In this document: positions 40,051 through 50,076 of the stretch, piece by piece
Numbering within the stretch: position 1 is the first letter of the stretch
Layout of the letters: each line of letters starts with the position of its first letter
Source of the DNA: Desulfobacterales bacterium
GTDB taxonomy: Bacteria > Desulfobacterota > Desulfobacteria > Desulfobacterales > UBA5852
Reading direction: 5' to 3'
Assembly (NCBI GenBank): GCA_963674755.2
Contig: CAXXVS010000001.1
Location: 1,024,001 to 1,088,000 of the forward strand
Length of the DNA: 64,000 nucleotides
The notes under the pieces: generated by a model
What the model was told of the DNA's origin: nothing
Databases searched by the model: none
Seen by the model: the letters and a program-made list of their open reading frames with translations, nothing else
Translations under genes and position numbers: made by a program

Positions 40051-40881
40051 CTATTTCTTCTGCGCCATGGACTGGGTAAGCCGGTCCAGAACGATGGCCA
40101 TCAGCACGATGCTCAGGCCGCCGATGACGGCCCGGCCGATATCCAGGGTGTTCAATCCCAGGATCACGGGGGATCCCAACCCTCCTGCGCCGATGAGGGC
40201 CGCAATCACCACCATGGACAGGGCCATCATGATGGTCTGATTCAGGCCGGCCAGGATGGTGGGCATGGCCAGGGGCACCTGCACTCGCACCAGGACCTGC
40301 CAGTTGGTGGCCCCGAAGGCCTGGGCGGCCTCCACCAGTTCGGGATGCACCTGGCGGATGCCCAGGGACGTCAGGCGGATGATGGGCGGCAGGGCGAAGA
40401 CGATGGTGGCCAGCACGCCGGCTACATTGCCCACCGAGAACAGCATGACGATGGGCACCAGGTAGACGAAGGCCGGCGTGGTCTGCATGGCATCCAGCAC
40501 GGGCCGGATGCCGGTCTCGAAGGCATCGCTGCGGCCGGCCCAGATGCCCAGCGGGATCCCGGCCAGGGCGCAGAAAATAACCGAGGACAGCACCATGGCC
40601 AGGGTGGTCATGGTGTCCCCCCAAAGCCCCAGAAAACCGATGAACGTCATGGTGATGATCGTGAAAATGGCCAGGCCCTTGCCTGAGAAGCGCCAGGCGG
40701 CGATGGCCAGCAGCGCGATCACGAGGAGGGGCGGCAGGGCGTTCAGGCCGGCATCGAGCCCGTTCAGGGTCTGCTCCACAGGCCACTTGATGGCCTGAAA
40801 GACATCGCGGTAGTTTTCTACCAGCCAGTCGACAAATTGGGAGACCCATATATCCAGTGGAATGACTTTGTCTTCAAACAT
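40051..40881 (-). CDS. proW: Glycine betaine/proline ABC permease
   Basis: LDAMQTTPAFVYLVP, EAAQAFGA, AGLNQTIMMALSMVV. Confidence 0.93.
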   Translation of the reverse strand: MFEDKVIPLDIWVSQFVDWLVENYRDVFQAIKWPVEQTLNGLDAGLNALPPLLVIALLAIAAWRFSGKGLAIFTIITMTFIGFLGLWGDTMTTLAMVLSSVIFCALAGIPLGIWAGRSDAFETGIRPVLDAMQTTPAFVYLVPIVMLFSVGNVAGVLATIVFALPPIIRLTSLGIRQVHPELVEAAQAFGATNWQVLVRVQVPLAMPTILAGLNQTIMMALSMVVIAALIGAGGLGSPVILGLNTLDIGRAVIGGLSIVLMAIVLDRLTQSMAQKK

Positions 40882-40947
40882 GCTATTTCTCCGTATTCAG
40901 ATGGAGCGCTCAGGCACACGCCGATGCACGCTCGCGAATCCACCTGT

Positions 40948-42174
40948 TTATTGGTTGGCGGCCGCTTGCTCCTCCAGTTGTTCTTCCGTGCGGTGCAGTG
41001 TTCGCAGGAAGCGGTTCTTGGACACGACGCCCTTGTAGACATTCTGATCGTCCACCACCGGCACCGGCCAACTGCTGGAGGCCACCTGGGGGAGAATATC
41101 CTGCATGGAATCGTTCAAGTTGACGGCTACGGTATTTTCCAGAAAGGCCTGGTTGACCGGGTTGTCGGGCTTACCGCTTTCCAGGGCCTCGCGCAGGGAG
41201 TCCGACGACACGATGCCGAGAAAACGGTGTTTGGGATCGAGCACATAGAGGTGGTCGCGTTCACTGCTGCTCAGCAGTTCATGGCAGGTGCGCAGACTGC
41301 CTTTCTTGGACACCACGACCGTGGGGCGGGTATCACGCACGATGTCGCCGGCCGAGATGACGTTGGTGGGATCCACCCCCCTGAAAAAAGCCCGCACATA
41401 GTCGTCGGCCGGATTCTGGAGAATCTCCTCGGGCGGCCCCACCTGGACCACTCGGCCCCCTTCCATGATGGCGATGCGATCCCCGATGCGCAGGGCCTCA
41501 TCCAGGTCGTGGGAGATGAACACGATGGTGCGCTGGTCTTCTTCCTGGAGCTTGAGCAATTCGTCCTGCATCTCGGTGCGGATCAAGGGGTCTAAAGCGG
41601 AAAAGGCCTCGTCCATGAGGAGAATATCAGGATCCACGGCCAGCCCGCGGGCCAGCCCCACGCGCTGCTGCATGCCGCCGCTGAGTTCCCGCGGGTAGGA
41701 ATCCTCCCAGCCGGCCAGCCCCACCTGCTCCAGGGCTTCCATGGCCCGTTTACGGCGCTTTTCTTTTTCAACTTTGGCGAGATCCAGTCCGAAGGCGGCA
41801 TTGTCGAGCACCGTCAGGTGCGGCATGAGGGCAAAGGACTGGAACACCATGCTCATATTGTGCAGACGGAACTTGACCAGTTCGTCCTGCCCCATCTTGG
41901 TGACATCCTTCCCGTCCACGATCACCTTGCCGGCGGTGGGTTCGATGAGACGGTTGAGCATGCGCACGATGGTGGATTTGCCCGAACCGGAAAGTCCCAT
42001 GATGACGAAGATTTCGCCGGCCTGGATGGAGAAGCTGGCGTTGTCGACCCCCACATTCATACCGGTTTTGTCATGGACCGATTCCTTGTTGTGGCCCTCC
42101 TTGAGCAGTTGCAGGGCCTTTTTCGGTTGGTCACCGAAAATTTTATACAAATTCTCTACGACGATTTTTTCCAC
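40948..42174 (-). CDS. proV: Glycine betaine/proline ABC ATPase with CBS domains
   Basis: GLSGSGKST, LSGGMQQRVGLAR, MDEAFSALDPLIR. Confidence 0.94.
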   Translation of the reverse strand: MEKIVVENLYKIFGDQPKKALQLLKEGHNKESVHDKTGMNVGVDNASFSIQAGEIFVIMGLSGSGKSTIVRMLNRLIEPTAGKVIVDGKDVTKMGQDELVKFRLHNMSMVFQSFALMPHLTVLDNAAFGLDLAKVEKEKRRKRAMEALEQVGLAGWEDSYPRELSGGMQQRVGLARGLAVDPDILLMDEAFSALDPLIRTEMQDELLKLQEEDQRTIVFISHDLDEALRIGDRIAIMEGGRVVQVGPPEEILQNPADDYVRAFFRGVDPTNVISAGDIVRDTRPTVVVSKKGSLRTCHELLSSSERDHLYVLDPKHRFLGIVSSDSLREALESGKPDNPVNQAFLENTVAVNLNDSMQDILPQVASSSWPVPVVDDQNVYKGVVSKNRFLRTLHRTEEQLEEQAAANQ

Positions 42175-42212
42175 GAATGCCCACCTCTTCTAAATGACGG
42201 TTACAGGAGCGC

Positions 42213-42767
42213 CTAAGGTTCCGTTTGAAACCCCGGCGGCGTGGTTTCGGTGATTTTGGTGCCCGAACTGTCCAGGGGGCTGGTGGCCAGGAAAGGGCCG
42301 GCCTGAATCGCCCGGGCGTCCATGATGGAGACCAGACGCTGCAAGGCACTCAGGATCATGGTCTGCTCCCAGTCCTGCAGGCTGGCAAAGCGTTCGATGA
42401 ACGCTTCCTGCATGAGGGGCGGGGCCTCTTGCAGAATATGTTTCCCTGAAGGGGTAATGCGGATCATGATGCGGCGTTTATCGCTGTCGCAGCGCTGGCG
42501 GGCCAGCAGACCGCGCTTTTCCATGCGTTCCAGAATGCCGGTTACGGTGGCCTGGCTGAGGCTGACGGCCCGGGCGATTTCTCCGGCGGTCACCTCTCCC
42601 AGGTTGTTGATTTCCTGAAGAATGACCAGTTGGGGGCCGGTCAGTCCGACGCGTTTGACCAGCTTTTTGGAATTCATGTCGATGGCCTGGATAATCTTTC
42701 GCAGGGCGATCATGACACTGTCGCTGACGGACCGCGGAGGAAGGGGCGTTGCTGAGGATTGGGCCAT
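42213..42767 (-). CDS. MarR-family regulator (CosR/EctR-like)
   Basis: ALRKIIQAID..SKKL...GLTGPQL, SLSQATVTGIL, DKRR; first gene of the proU operon. Confidence 0.88.
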   Translation of the reverse strand: MAQSSATPLPPRSVSDSVMIALRKIIQAIDMNSKKLVKRVGLTGPQLVILQEINNLGEVTAGEIARAVSLSQATVTGILERMEKRGLLARQRCDSDKRRIMIRITPSGKHILQEAPPLMQEAFIERFASLQDWEQTMILSALQRLVSIMDARAIQAGPFLATSPLDSSGTKITETTPPGFQTEP

Positions 42768-43188
42768 ATCTATTTTGAGTCCAAAAAATTATAAGGAAAA
42801 AAATACGCAGGCTGTCGTGAGAGAATACCGGATAAAATAGTTTGTTATCTAAAGAATACGGTCTCTGTCCGATGAGCCTGCGGCATACGAACGCATTGTA
42901 TAATATGGAATAATAAGTATTTCAAGTTCTTTTACAAGTAAAAATATATTTAGATCAGAAATGAATATGGGGCGAGTCTTTAGGGAGACAATCTGAAATC
43001 GATTTGAATTTCTTTATAAAAACAATTCGATGTCAATGGAATATATGCACAATAAATTGTGCTGTCCAAGGCTGGCGGGGGCCTTAAGGGGGGCTGATTC
43101 TGAGAAGGATGACGTCATGGAAGGGCTGGCTCACGGGGACCGCTACGGCGGGAGGGGCGGGCGAGATGGCAATGGGTGAGCCGGCCGA

Positions 43189-44064
43189 CTAGACCTGTTT
43201 TTTCACATCCACCGTGACGGAAAGGGTGTGGGCCCCGCCGCCCATGACAACCCCCTTGACCGGGGTCACATCGCCGTAGTCGCGTCCCCAGGCCACGGTA
43301 ATGTGAGCTTCACCCGGGATCAGGTTGTTGGTGGGGTCCAGGTCGATCCAACCATGGCCGGGCACGAACAGGGATACCCAGGCATGGGAAGCGTCGGCCC
43401 CGGTCAGCTTGGGTTTGCCCGGCGGTGGGGTCGTTTCCAGGTAGCCGCTGACATAGCGGGCCGCCAGCCCCAGGGATCGCAGACCGCCGATGGCCAGGTG
43501 GGCAAAATCCTGGCAAACCCCTTTGCGGTTGGTCAGCACCTGGTCCACCGATGTGTCCACCGTGGTGGCCCCCTTGTCATAGGTGAACTCGGTAAAAATG
43601 CGTGCCATCAGATCCAGGGCGCCCGCCAGAAGCGGCCGGCCGGGTGGAAAGGAGGTATGGGCGTAGTCTCTGGTGCCATCCGTCAGCTCGATCAAGGGGC
43701 TGGCAAAAACGAACTGACAGGGCTCCAGCGTTGCAGGGTCGGCATGGGCCGCCAACTGCTGAACGACGGATTCCCAAGAGGGGGTTTGCTCCGGCGCCGG
43801 TGTGGCGGGGCAAGTGGTTTCCACAAGGCTGGTGGCGGTCACCGCGAGCTCCCGGTGGGGGTGCTGGACCATGAAAATATGGACGTTGTTGCCGAAGTAG
43901 TCTGTCCGGCGGTGCAGGTATTGGGGTTGCGGCAGGATGGACAACCCGCTCTCAATCACTTTCTGGGTGCCGGTTTCCCGGGGCAGCAGATACAGCTCGT
44001 TCTGGGAAAGCGAGGCCGGTTCGGCATAACGATAAGTCGTCTTATGGCAGACACGGTATTTCAT
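43189..44064 (-). CDS. Transglutaminase-like protein
   Basis: GVCQDFAH, ARYVSGY, SHAW, DPTN, GRDYGDV; ATGA overlap with the upstream gene. Confidence 0.92.
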   Translation of the reverse strand: MKYRVCHKTTYRYAEPASLSQNELYLLPRETGTQKVIESGLSILPQPQYLHRRTDYFGNNVHIFMVQHPHRELAVTATSLVETTCPATPAPEQTPSWESVVQQLAAHADPATLEPCQFVFASPLIELTDGTRDYAHTSFPPGRPLLAGALDLMARIFTEFTYDKGATTVDTSVDQVLTNRKGVCQDFAHLAIGGLRSLGLAARYVSGYLETTPPPGKPKLTGADASHAWVSLFVPGHGWIDLDPTNNLIPGEAHITVAWGRDYGDVTPVKGVVMGGGAHTLSVTVDVKKQV

Positions 44065-46586
44065 GGTTGGCGACCGCCGGGGCCCATGGAAAAATGGGGC
44101 GTGGCCGGCACCCGGCTCAGGAAATGGGCGCTGATTTGCTGGGCGAATTGGATCAAGTGGGCCGCCATGCGTTCCAGGAATTCCGCCAGATCGTCGTGCG
44201 GGTCCCGATTGCCCGGGCAGGCCACGTCGGTCAGATCCAGCAGGCGCACGGCGGTCAGCATTTCCAGGGCCAGGCGTTCTTCCGGTGCGGCAAAGCGGCG
44301 GCTGCCGCGACCGGGCAGATTTTCCACGTGGGACGCCAGCTGGCTGAGCTGGAAGGCCAGAGACTTGGGATTGGTTTCGTCCGCCAGCAGCAGGTCCAGC
44401 ACCGGGGCCAGTTGAAAGGCTGTCCGGTAGCGGCTGCGATAGGTCATGATGCTGTCGGAGACTTCCAACAGGGCTTCCAGGGCGCTGCGGGATGCCGTGC
44501 AAGCCCGGGGGAGGCCGATCCGGATCAGGCGGGTCTGGTTCATGGCCCTTTCAACACGTCGCCCCATGTCCATGAAGCGCCACCCCAACCCGCGGGTCAT
44601 GCTCTCCATGGCCAGTCCGCTGAAGGCGCTGAGGGTGAAGAGGGTGTCGTCCAGCAGCTCCAGCGGATCGTCGGCCTGGGCATCGGCGAAGCTCTCCAGC
44701 CGATTGATGACGCGCCAGGAATCCAGGGAAAGCCGGTCGCGTACATTCCGGGCCGCTTCGCGCACCCGTGCCAGAACCGCCACCACGCTTTCGGGACGAT
44801 CCTGGTTGTATAAGGCTTCTTGCAACTGGGCGCTGAGTTCCCGATAGCGGGGCAAGATCTCACCTTCCCGCAGTGTTCCCGGAAGGGCGCCTTCCGCCAC
44901 AAGCAGATTCAGCAGAAAGGGCAGTTCGGGGATATCGCTCGCCCGGGTTTCGCCGGAAAGCCGGCGGAAGACGGCGCGCAGACGCCGCACCCGCCCTTCG
45001 GAACGTTCCAGATAGCGCCCCAGCCAGAGCAGATGGTCCGCCACCCGACTGGGCAGATCGCTGCCCCGGCTGAACTCGGCCACCTCATGAAGTCCGCCCA
45101 TGAGGCTGAAGGGGACGACAGGCTGGTCGGAAAGGACCCAGACATCTTTGCTCTGCTGCTGTTCCGGCAGATCCCCCGTCAGGGTTCCCACGTCCGTCGC
45201 CGTGATGGCGAGCCCGCCGGGCATTACCGCAAAGCCTTCCGCGGTTGCGCAGACAAAGACCCGCATAAGGGTAAACCGCGCTTCGGCACGGTTGGGGCCC
45301 CAGGCCGGTGCCGTGGCCGGCCGGAGCGGTTCCCGGGCTAAAAAGGCATGTGGGTTCGCCTGGATGGCGGCCCTTAGATCGGTTTCACGATCCGGAGCTC
45401 CGGAGGGGTCCATGGCCGGTTCCACCGTCAGTTGACTTATATTGGACAGGGCGTGATCCAGACCGTCCGGCGTTCCGCACCACCAGGACGGGTGGTTTTC
45501 CAGGAGCAGGTCCTCCCCGGCGAGTTGCCGGTAAAGGGCCGGCAAAAAAACGGCCAGGGCCGGTGTGTCTGCAAAGCCGCTGCCGATGGGGTTGATGACA
45601 TCGACGGATTGCTCCCGGGAAGCCTGGATGAGGCCCGCCACGCCGGCCGTGGTGCCCCGGCGCAGGGCAAAGGGATCGCTGAAGGCATCTGCGGTGTGGC
45701 GGAAAATGGCCTCCACCGGTTCCAAGCCGGCCAGTTTTTTGAGGAAAACCTTACCGTTGCGTACGGTCAGATCCTGGCCTTCCACCAGCGGGTAGCCCAG
45801 GTAGCGGGAGAGCAGGGCATGTTCGAAGTAGATCCGGCTTTCCGGTCCGGGCGTCAGCAGGACGATTCCGGGTTCCTCCCGCGGCAGGGCGGCCCGCTGG
45901 AGCGTGGCCTGGTGAAACGTCTGGAAAAAAGGGGCCAGCCGCCGGATCTGGGCTTTGTGATAGAGCTCCGGGAAGACGCGTGAAATGGCGATCCGGTTTT
46001 CGAGGGCGTAGCCCAGGCCGCAGGGGTTGGCGCCGTAGTCCCGGAGCACCCGGAACCGCCCCCGGGCATCCCGATAGAGATCGGCGGCATAGAAGGTCAG
46101 AAAGCGTTTGCCGACCGGTTGAATGCCGTGGCAGGGGCGCAAAAAGCGGGGATTGGCGAACAGTAGGGCCGGGGGGAGGTGGCCTTCCCTCAGCAAGCGC
46201 TGGGGGCCGTAGACGTCCGCCAGAATCTTCTCCATTACCCGGGCCCGCTGGAGCAGGCCGGCTTCCAGGGCCGCCCACTCCGCCGCCGTGACGAGCAGCG
46301 GCATCACATCCAGAGCCCAGGGGGTGGCGCGTCCGGCGGGATCGTCGAAGAGGTTGAAGGTGGCCCCGTCCTCGTGGCGTCGGCGCCGGACACGGTCCTG
46401 ACGGTTGGCCAGCACCTGGGGACTCATGGCTTCCAGCGCCGCGATGAGAGGTTGCCAGTGGGGCCGCGGCGTACCGGGCGACGCAAACGCTTCGCAATAG
46501 CCTTCCGGGGGACAGGCCAGCACTTCAAACAGCGAAGACGAGGACGGTTGAGAGGATGCCGGCCCGGTCGGTTCGGGAGTGATCAT
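44061..46586 (-). CDS. Circularly permuted type 2 ATP-grasp fused to alpha-E domain
   Basis: GLGYALENR, LLTPGP, MPGGLA, SKDVWV, then SRVADHLLWLGRYLERSE alpha-E motif. Confidence 0.88.
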   Translation of the reverse strand: MITPEPTGPASSQPSSSSLFEVLACPPEGYCEAFASPGTPRPHWQPLIAALEAMSPQVLANRQDRVRRRRHEDGATFNLFDDPAGRATPWALDVMPLLVTAAEWAALEAGLLQRARVMEKILADVYGPQRLLREGHLPPALLFANPRFLRPCHGIQPVGKRFLTFYAADLYRDARGRFRVLRDYGANPCGLGYALENRIAISRVFPELYHKAQIRRLAPFFQTFHQATLQRAALPREEPGIVLLTPGPESRIYFEHALLSRYLGYPLVEGQDLTVRNGKVFLKKLAGLEPVEAIFRHTADAFSDPFALRRGTTAGVAGLIQASREQSVDVINPIGSGFADTPALAVFLPALYRQLAGEDLLLENHPSWWCGTPDGLDHALSNISQLTVEPAMDPSGAPDRETDLRAAIQANPHAFLAREPLRPATAPAWGPNRAEARFTLMRVFVCATAEGFAVMPGGLAITATDVGTLTGDLPEQQQSKDVWVLSDQPVVPFSLMGGLHEVAEFSRGSDLPSRVADHLLWLGRYLERSEGRVRRLRAVFRRLSGETRASDIPELPFLLNLLVAEGALPGTLREGEILPRYRELSAQLQEALYNQDRPESVVAVLARVREAARNVRDRLSLDSWRVINRLESFADAQADDPLELLDDTLFTLSAFSGLAMESMTRGLGWRFMDMGRRVERAMNQTRLIRIGLPRACTASRSALEALLEVSDSIMTYRSRYRTAFQLAPVLDLLLADETNPKSLAFQLSQLASHVENLPGRGSRRFAAPEERLALEMLTAVRLLDLTDVACPGNRDPHDDLAEFLERMAAHLIQFAQQISAHFLSRVPATPHFSMGPGGRQP

Positions 46587-46716
46587 ACCTTGAATGCCTC
46601 AGTAATCAGCCCGGGGCGGACGAGGGTTCATTCCCTGCTGATAACGACGTTACCTTGCCCCAGCGGATACCCGGCTGCCGGACGGTGGGGCCGTTCATTC
46701 GGATACAGGCGCCGGT

Positions 46717-49700
46717 TTACTTGGTTTGCCGCCGCAAATCAAGCGTATAAGGAAAGTCGCGATTGATTTCCGGTGCCGGCGGAGCGAGACGCGCGTCGGG
46801 GGTGTGGCCGCCGGCGATGAAGCGGGCATGGCGCCGCCCCTCGGCTTCGTTGGCATTGACCGGGAATATGTCATAGTTGCGCCCGCCCGGGTGGCCGACA
46901 TGGTAGGTGCAGCCGCCCACCGCCCGTCCCGACCAGGTGTCGAACAGGTCGATCACCAGCGGCGTGTGCACGCCGATGGTGGGGTGCAGACAGGTCGGTG
47001 GTTGCCAAGCCCGGTAGCGGATGCCGGCCACGAAGACCCCCTCCACGGCGGTGGGTTGCAGGGGCACCCGCCGGCCGTTGCAGGTCACGATATAGCGTCC
47101 GCCGGTCATGCCGGAAACTTTCACCTGGAGACGTTCCACCGATGAGTCCACGAAGCGCACGGTGCTCCCGCCGCCGGGCTCCTCGCCCAACACATGCCAG
47201 GGTTCGAGAGCCTGGCGCAGTTCCATTTCCATGCCCTGAAAGGTGACTTGGCCGAAAATGGGAAAGCGGAACTCGAAATGGGGATGGAAAAACGCCATGG
47301 AGACCGGGTAGCCGGCCGCATGGAGGGTCGCCAGCACATCGTCAAAATCGTCTTGCACCGGCTGGGGCAGCATGAAGCGGTCGTGCAACCGGGTACCCCA
47401 ACGGATCAGGTCCTGTCGGTAAGGGGTGCGCCAGAACCAGGCCATGCAAATCCGCAGGAGCAGTTGCTGGGCCAGGCTCATGCGGGCGTGGGGGGGCATC
47501 TCAAAGGCCCGGAACTCCAGCAGGCCCAACCGGCCGGCGGCGCTGTCCGGCGAGTAGAGCTTGTCGATGCAAAACTCGGCCCGGTGGGTGTTGCCGGTGA
47601 CGTCCACCAGCAGGTTGCGGAAGAGCCGGTCCACCAGCCAGAGCGGGCAGGGCCGGTCCGGACCGGTTTGCCGCGCCATTTCGGCAAAGGCGATTTCCAG
47701 CTCGTAGAGGCTGTCATGCCGGGCTTCGTCGATGCGCGGTTGTTGGCTGGTAGGCCCGATGAAAAGCCCCGAGAACAGAAAGGAGAGAGACGGGTGGTTG
47801 TTCCAGAAAGTAACGATGCTGCGCAGGAGGTCCGGCCGGCGCAGAAAAGGGCTGTCGGCCGGTGTGGCCCCGCCTACCACGATATGGTTGCCGCCCCCCG
47901 TACCGGTGTGGCGGCCGTCGAGCATAAACTTTTCCGTTCCCAGGCGGGTCTGGCGGGCGGTTTCGTAAAGCGTGGTGGTGACGGCGACCATTTCCCGCCA
48001 GTTGTGCATGGGCTGGATGTTGACTTCGATCACACCGGGGTCGGGGGTGATTTTGAGGCTGTTCATTCGCGGGTCGTAGGGCGGCGTATAGCCTTCGATG
48101 ACCACGGGGCAGCCGGTCTGGCGGGCCGTGGCCTCGATGGCGGCCGTGAGTTCCAGATATCCTTCCAGGGTCGCCACCGGCGGCATGAAGACGTAAAGGC
48201 GCCCTTCCCGGGGCTGCACGCAAAGGGCGGTGCGGACCACCCAGGCGGCGGATTCGCCGGGCACCGGCTCCGGGGCCTCGTAGGGGCGGGGCTGGGTGCG
48301 AACGCCTTCCCCGGTTTCGGGGGACGGAGCGCCTGCCAGGGCGGTTTGCCCGGCGTGCAGGTCCGGCAGGGGACCTCGCTCGGCCATGGGGTCCAGGGGG
48401 TGATCGTAGGGGAAATCCTTTTTCGAGACCCAGGGCAGCGATTCCAGGGGCAGGCGCAGGCCTGCGGGGGAGTCGCCGGGCAGCAGGTACATGTGTTCCC
48501 CCCGGCAGGGCCAGGGGCCGCTCTTCCAGGAGCCGTGCTGCAGGGGCAGCACATAGCCGGTCACCGCCCCCAGGCCCTGCCGGAAGGTCTCGACCATGCG
48601 GGCCCGGGCCTCGGGGTCCGTCAGGCGCGGGTCGAGCGGATCCACATTCACCGGCAGGCGCTGCTCCTTGTGAAGGTAGTACAGGATGTCCTCGTAAGCC
48701 GGGCGGATGAAGTCCCGCCGCACCCCCAGGGTATCGGCCAGAGCCTCGATGAAGACCTTGGCTTCGGTGGCCCCGAAGCCATAGTCCCGGTCCACGTCGG
48801 CAATCCAGCGGTCGTCTTCCCACACCGGCTTACCGTCCTGGCGCCAGTAGCAGCCCAGGGCCCAGCGGGGCAGGGATTCGCCGGGATACCATTTACCCTG
48901 GCCGTAGTGGAGGAGGCCGCCGGGGGCCCATTGGGCGCGCAGTTGCTTGATCAGGTGTTCGGACAGCCGGCGTTTGTCCTCCCCCAGGGCGGCGGTGTTC
49001 CACTGGTCGCCGTCCATGTCGTCGATGGAGACGAAGGTGGGCTCGCCCCCCATGGTGAGACGCACGTCGGCCGCCGCCAGTTCCCGGTCCACCTGGTCCC
49101 CCAGGGAGACGATGGCGGACCACACGTCCTCCGGATAGGGCCGGGTGGCGCGGGGGGCTTCCCACAGGCGCTGCACCTCCATATGGTGGCTGAATTCCAC
49201 TTCGCATTCGTCCACCGCGCCGGAGACGGGGGCGGCGCTCTGGGGCTCCGGGGAGCAGGCCAGGGGAATGTGCCCCTCGCCGGCAAACAGGCCCGACGTG
49301 GGGTCCAGTCCCACCCAGCCGGCCCCGGGCAGATAGACTTCGGTCCAGGCATGCAAATCGGTGAAATCAGCCTCCGGCCCGGAAGGACCGTCCAGGGATT
49401 TCACGTCCGCCGCCAGTTGGATGAGGTAGCCGGAGGCAAAGCGGGCGGCCAGGCCCAGATGACGCAGGATGTTGACCAGCAGCCAGGCCGAGTCCCGGCA
49501 GGAGCCGCTTCCCAGGGTCAGGGTCTGCTCGCAGCTCTGCACGTTGGGCTCCATGCGGATCAGGTAGCGGATGTCGCTGGTCAGCTTCTGGTTCAGCTTC
49601 ACCAGAAAGTCGATGATCTGCTCGGGAGCGCGGTCGATTTCCGCCAGATAGGCCGCGAAAGCCTTGCCCGGCGCTTCAGCGGCCAGGTAAGGGGCCAGAT

Positions 49701-50037
49701 CCGATTTCAGCTTGGGGTCGTAGGTGAAGGGAAAGGTTTCCGTCTCCGGTTCCAGAAAGAAATCGAAGGGATTGATGACGATCATATCGGCCACCAGATC
49801 GATTTCCACACGGAATTCGCGTGTTTTTTCCGGGAACACCAGGCGGCCTAAATAGTTGCTGAAGGGATCCTGCTGCCAGTTGATGAAATGGTCCCGGGGG
49901 GTCACCGTCATGGAATAGCTCAGGATGGGGGTGCGGCAATGGGGTGCCGGCCGCAGGCGGACGATCTGCGGCGAGAGGGTTACACGCCGGTCGTAGCGGT
50001 AGCTGGTTTTGTGGTTCAGGGCAATATGGATTCCCAC
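46717..50037 (-). CDS. Transglutaminase fused to DUF2126 putative amidoligase
   Basis: GSCRDSAW, DLHAW, TMGGEPTF, TPDPGVIEVN, GTGGGNH, EFRAFEMPP. Confidence 0.9.
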   Translation of the reverse strand: MGIHIALNHKTSYRYDRRVTLSPQIVRLRPAPHCRTPILSYSMTVTPRDHFINWQQDPFSNYLGRLVFPEKTREFRVEIDLVADMIVINPFDFFLEPETETFPFTYDPKLKSDLAPYLAAEAPGKAFAAYLAEIDRAPEQIIDFLVKLNQKLTSDIRYLIRMEPNVQSCEQTLTLGSGSCRDSAWLLVNILRHLGLAARFASGYLIQLAADVKSLDGPSGPEADFTDLHAWTEVYLPGAGWVGLDPTSGLFAGEGHIPLACSPEPQSAAPVSGAVDECEVEFSHHMEVQRLWEAPRATRPYPEDVWSAIVSLGDQVDRELAAADVRLTMGGEPTFVSIDDMDGDQWNTAALGEDKRRLSEHLIKQLRAQWAPGGLLHYGQGKWYPGESLPRWALGCYWRQDGKPVWEDDRWIADVDRDYGFGATEAKVFIEALADTLGVRRDFIRPAYEDILYYLHKEQRLPVNVDPLDPRLTDPEARARMVETFRQGLGAVTGYVLPLQHGSWKSGPWPCRGEHMYLLPGDSPAGLRLPLESLPWVSKKDFPYDHPLDPMAERGPLPDLHAGQTALAGAPSPETGEGVRTQPRPYEAPEPVPGESAAWVVRTALCVQPREGRLYVFMPPVATLEGYLELTAAIEATARQTGCPVVIEGYTPPYDPRMNSLKITPDPGVIEVNIQPMHNWREMVAVTTTLYETARQTRLGTEKFMLDGRHTGTGGGNHIVVGGATPADSPFLRRPDLLRSIVTFWNNHPSLSFLFSGLFIGPTSQQPRIDEARHDSLYELEIAFAEMARQTGPDRPCPLWLVDRLFRNLLVDVTGNTHRAEFCIDKLYSPDSAAGRLGLLEFRAFEMPPHARMSLAQQLLLRICMAWFWRTPYRQDLIRWGTRLHDRFMLPQPVQDDFDDVLATLHAAGYPVSMAFFHPHFEFRFPIFGQVTFQGMEMELRQALEPWHVLGEEPGGGSTVRFVDSSVERLQVKVSGMTGGRYIVTCNGRRVPLQPTAVEGVFVAGIRYRAWQPPTCLHPTIGVHTPLVIDLFDTWSGRAVGGCTYHVGHPGGRNYDIFPVNANEAEGRRHARFIAGGHTPDARLAPPAPEINRDFPYTLDLRRQTK

Positions 50038-50076
50038 AGGCGGTCCTTTCTGAAAGCGGCAGCCGGCACCGTTCGG

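Noticed and set aside
47194..49851. 885-aa plus-strand ORF and other long antisense ORFs (for example 30728-32407, 20932-22674, 51362-52759, 16771-18075)
   Set aside because: They are shadows of well-supported genes on the opposite strand, expected at high GC, and contain no motifs.
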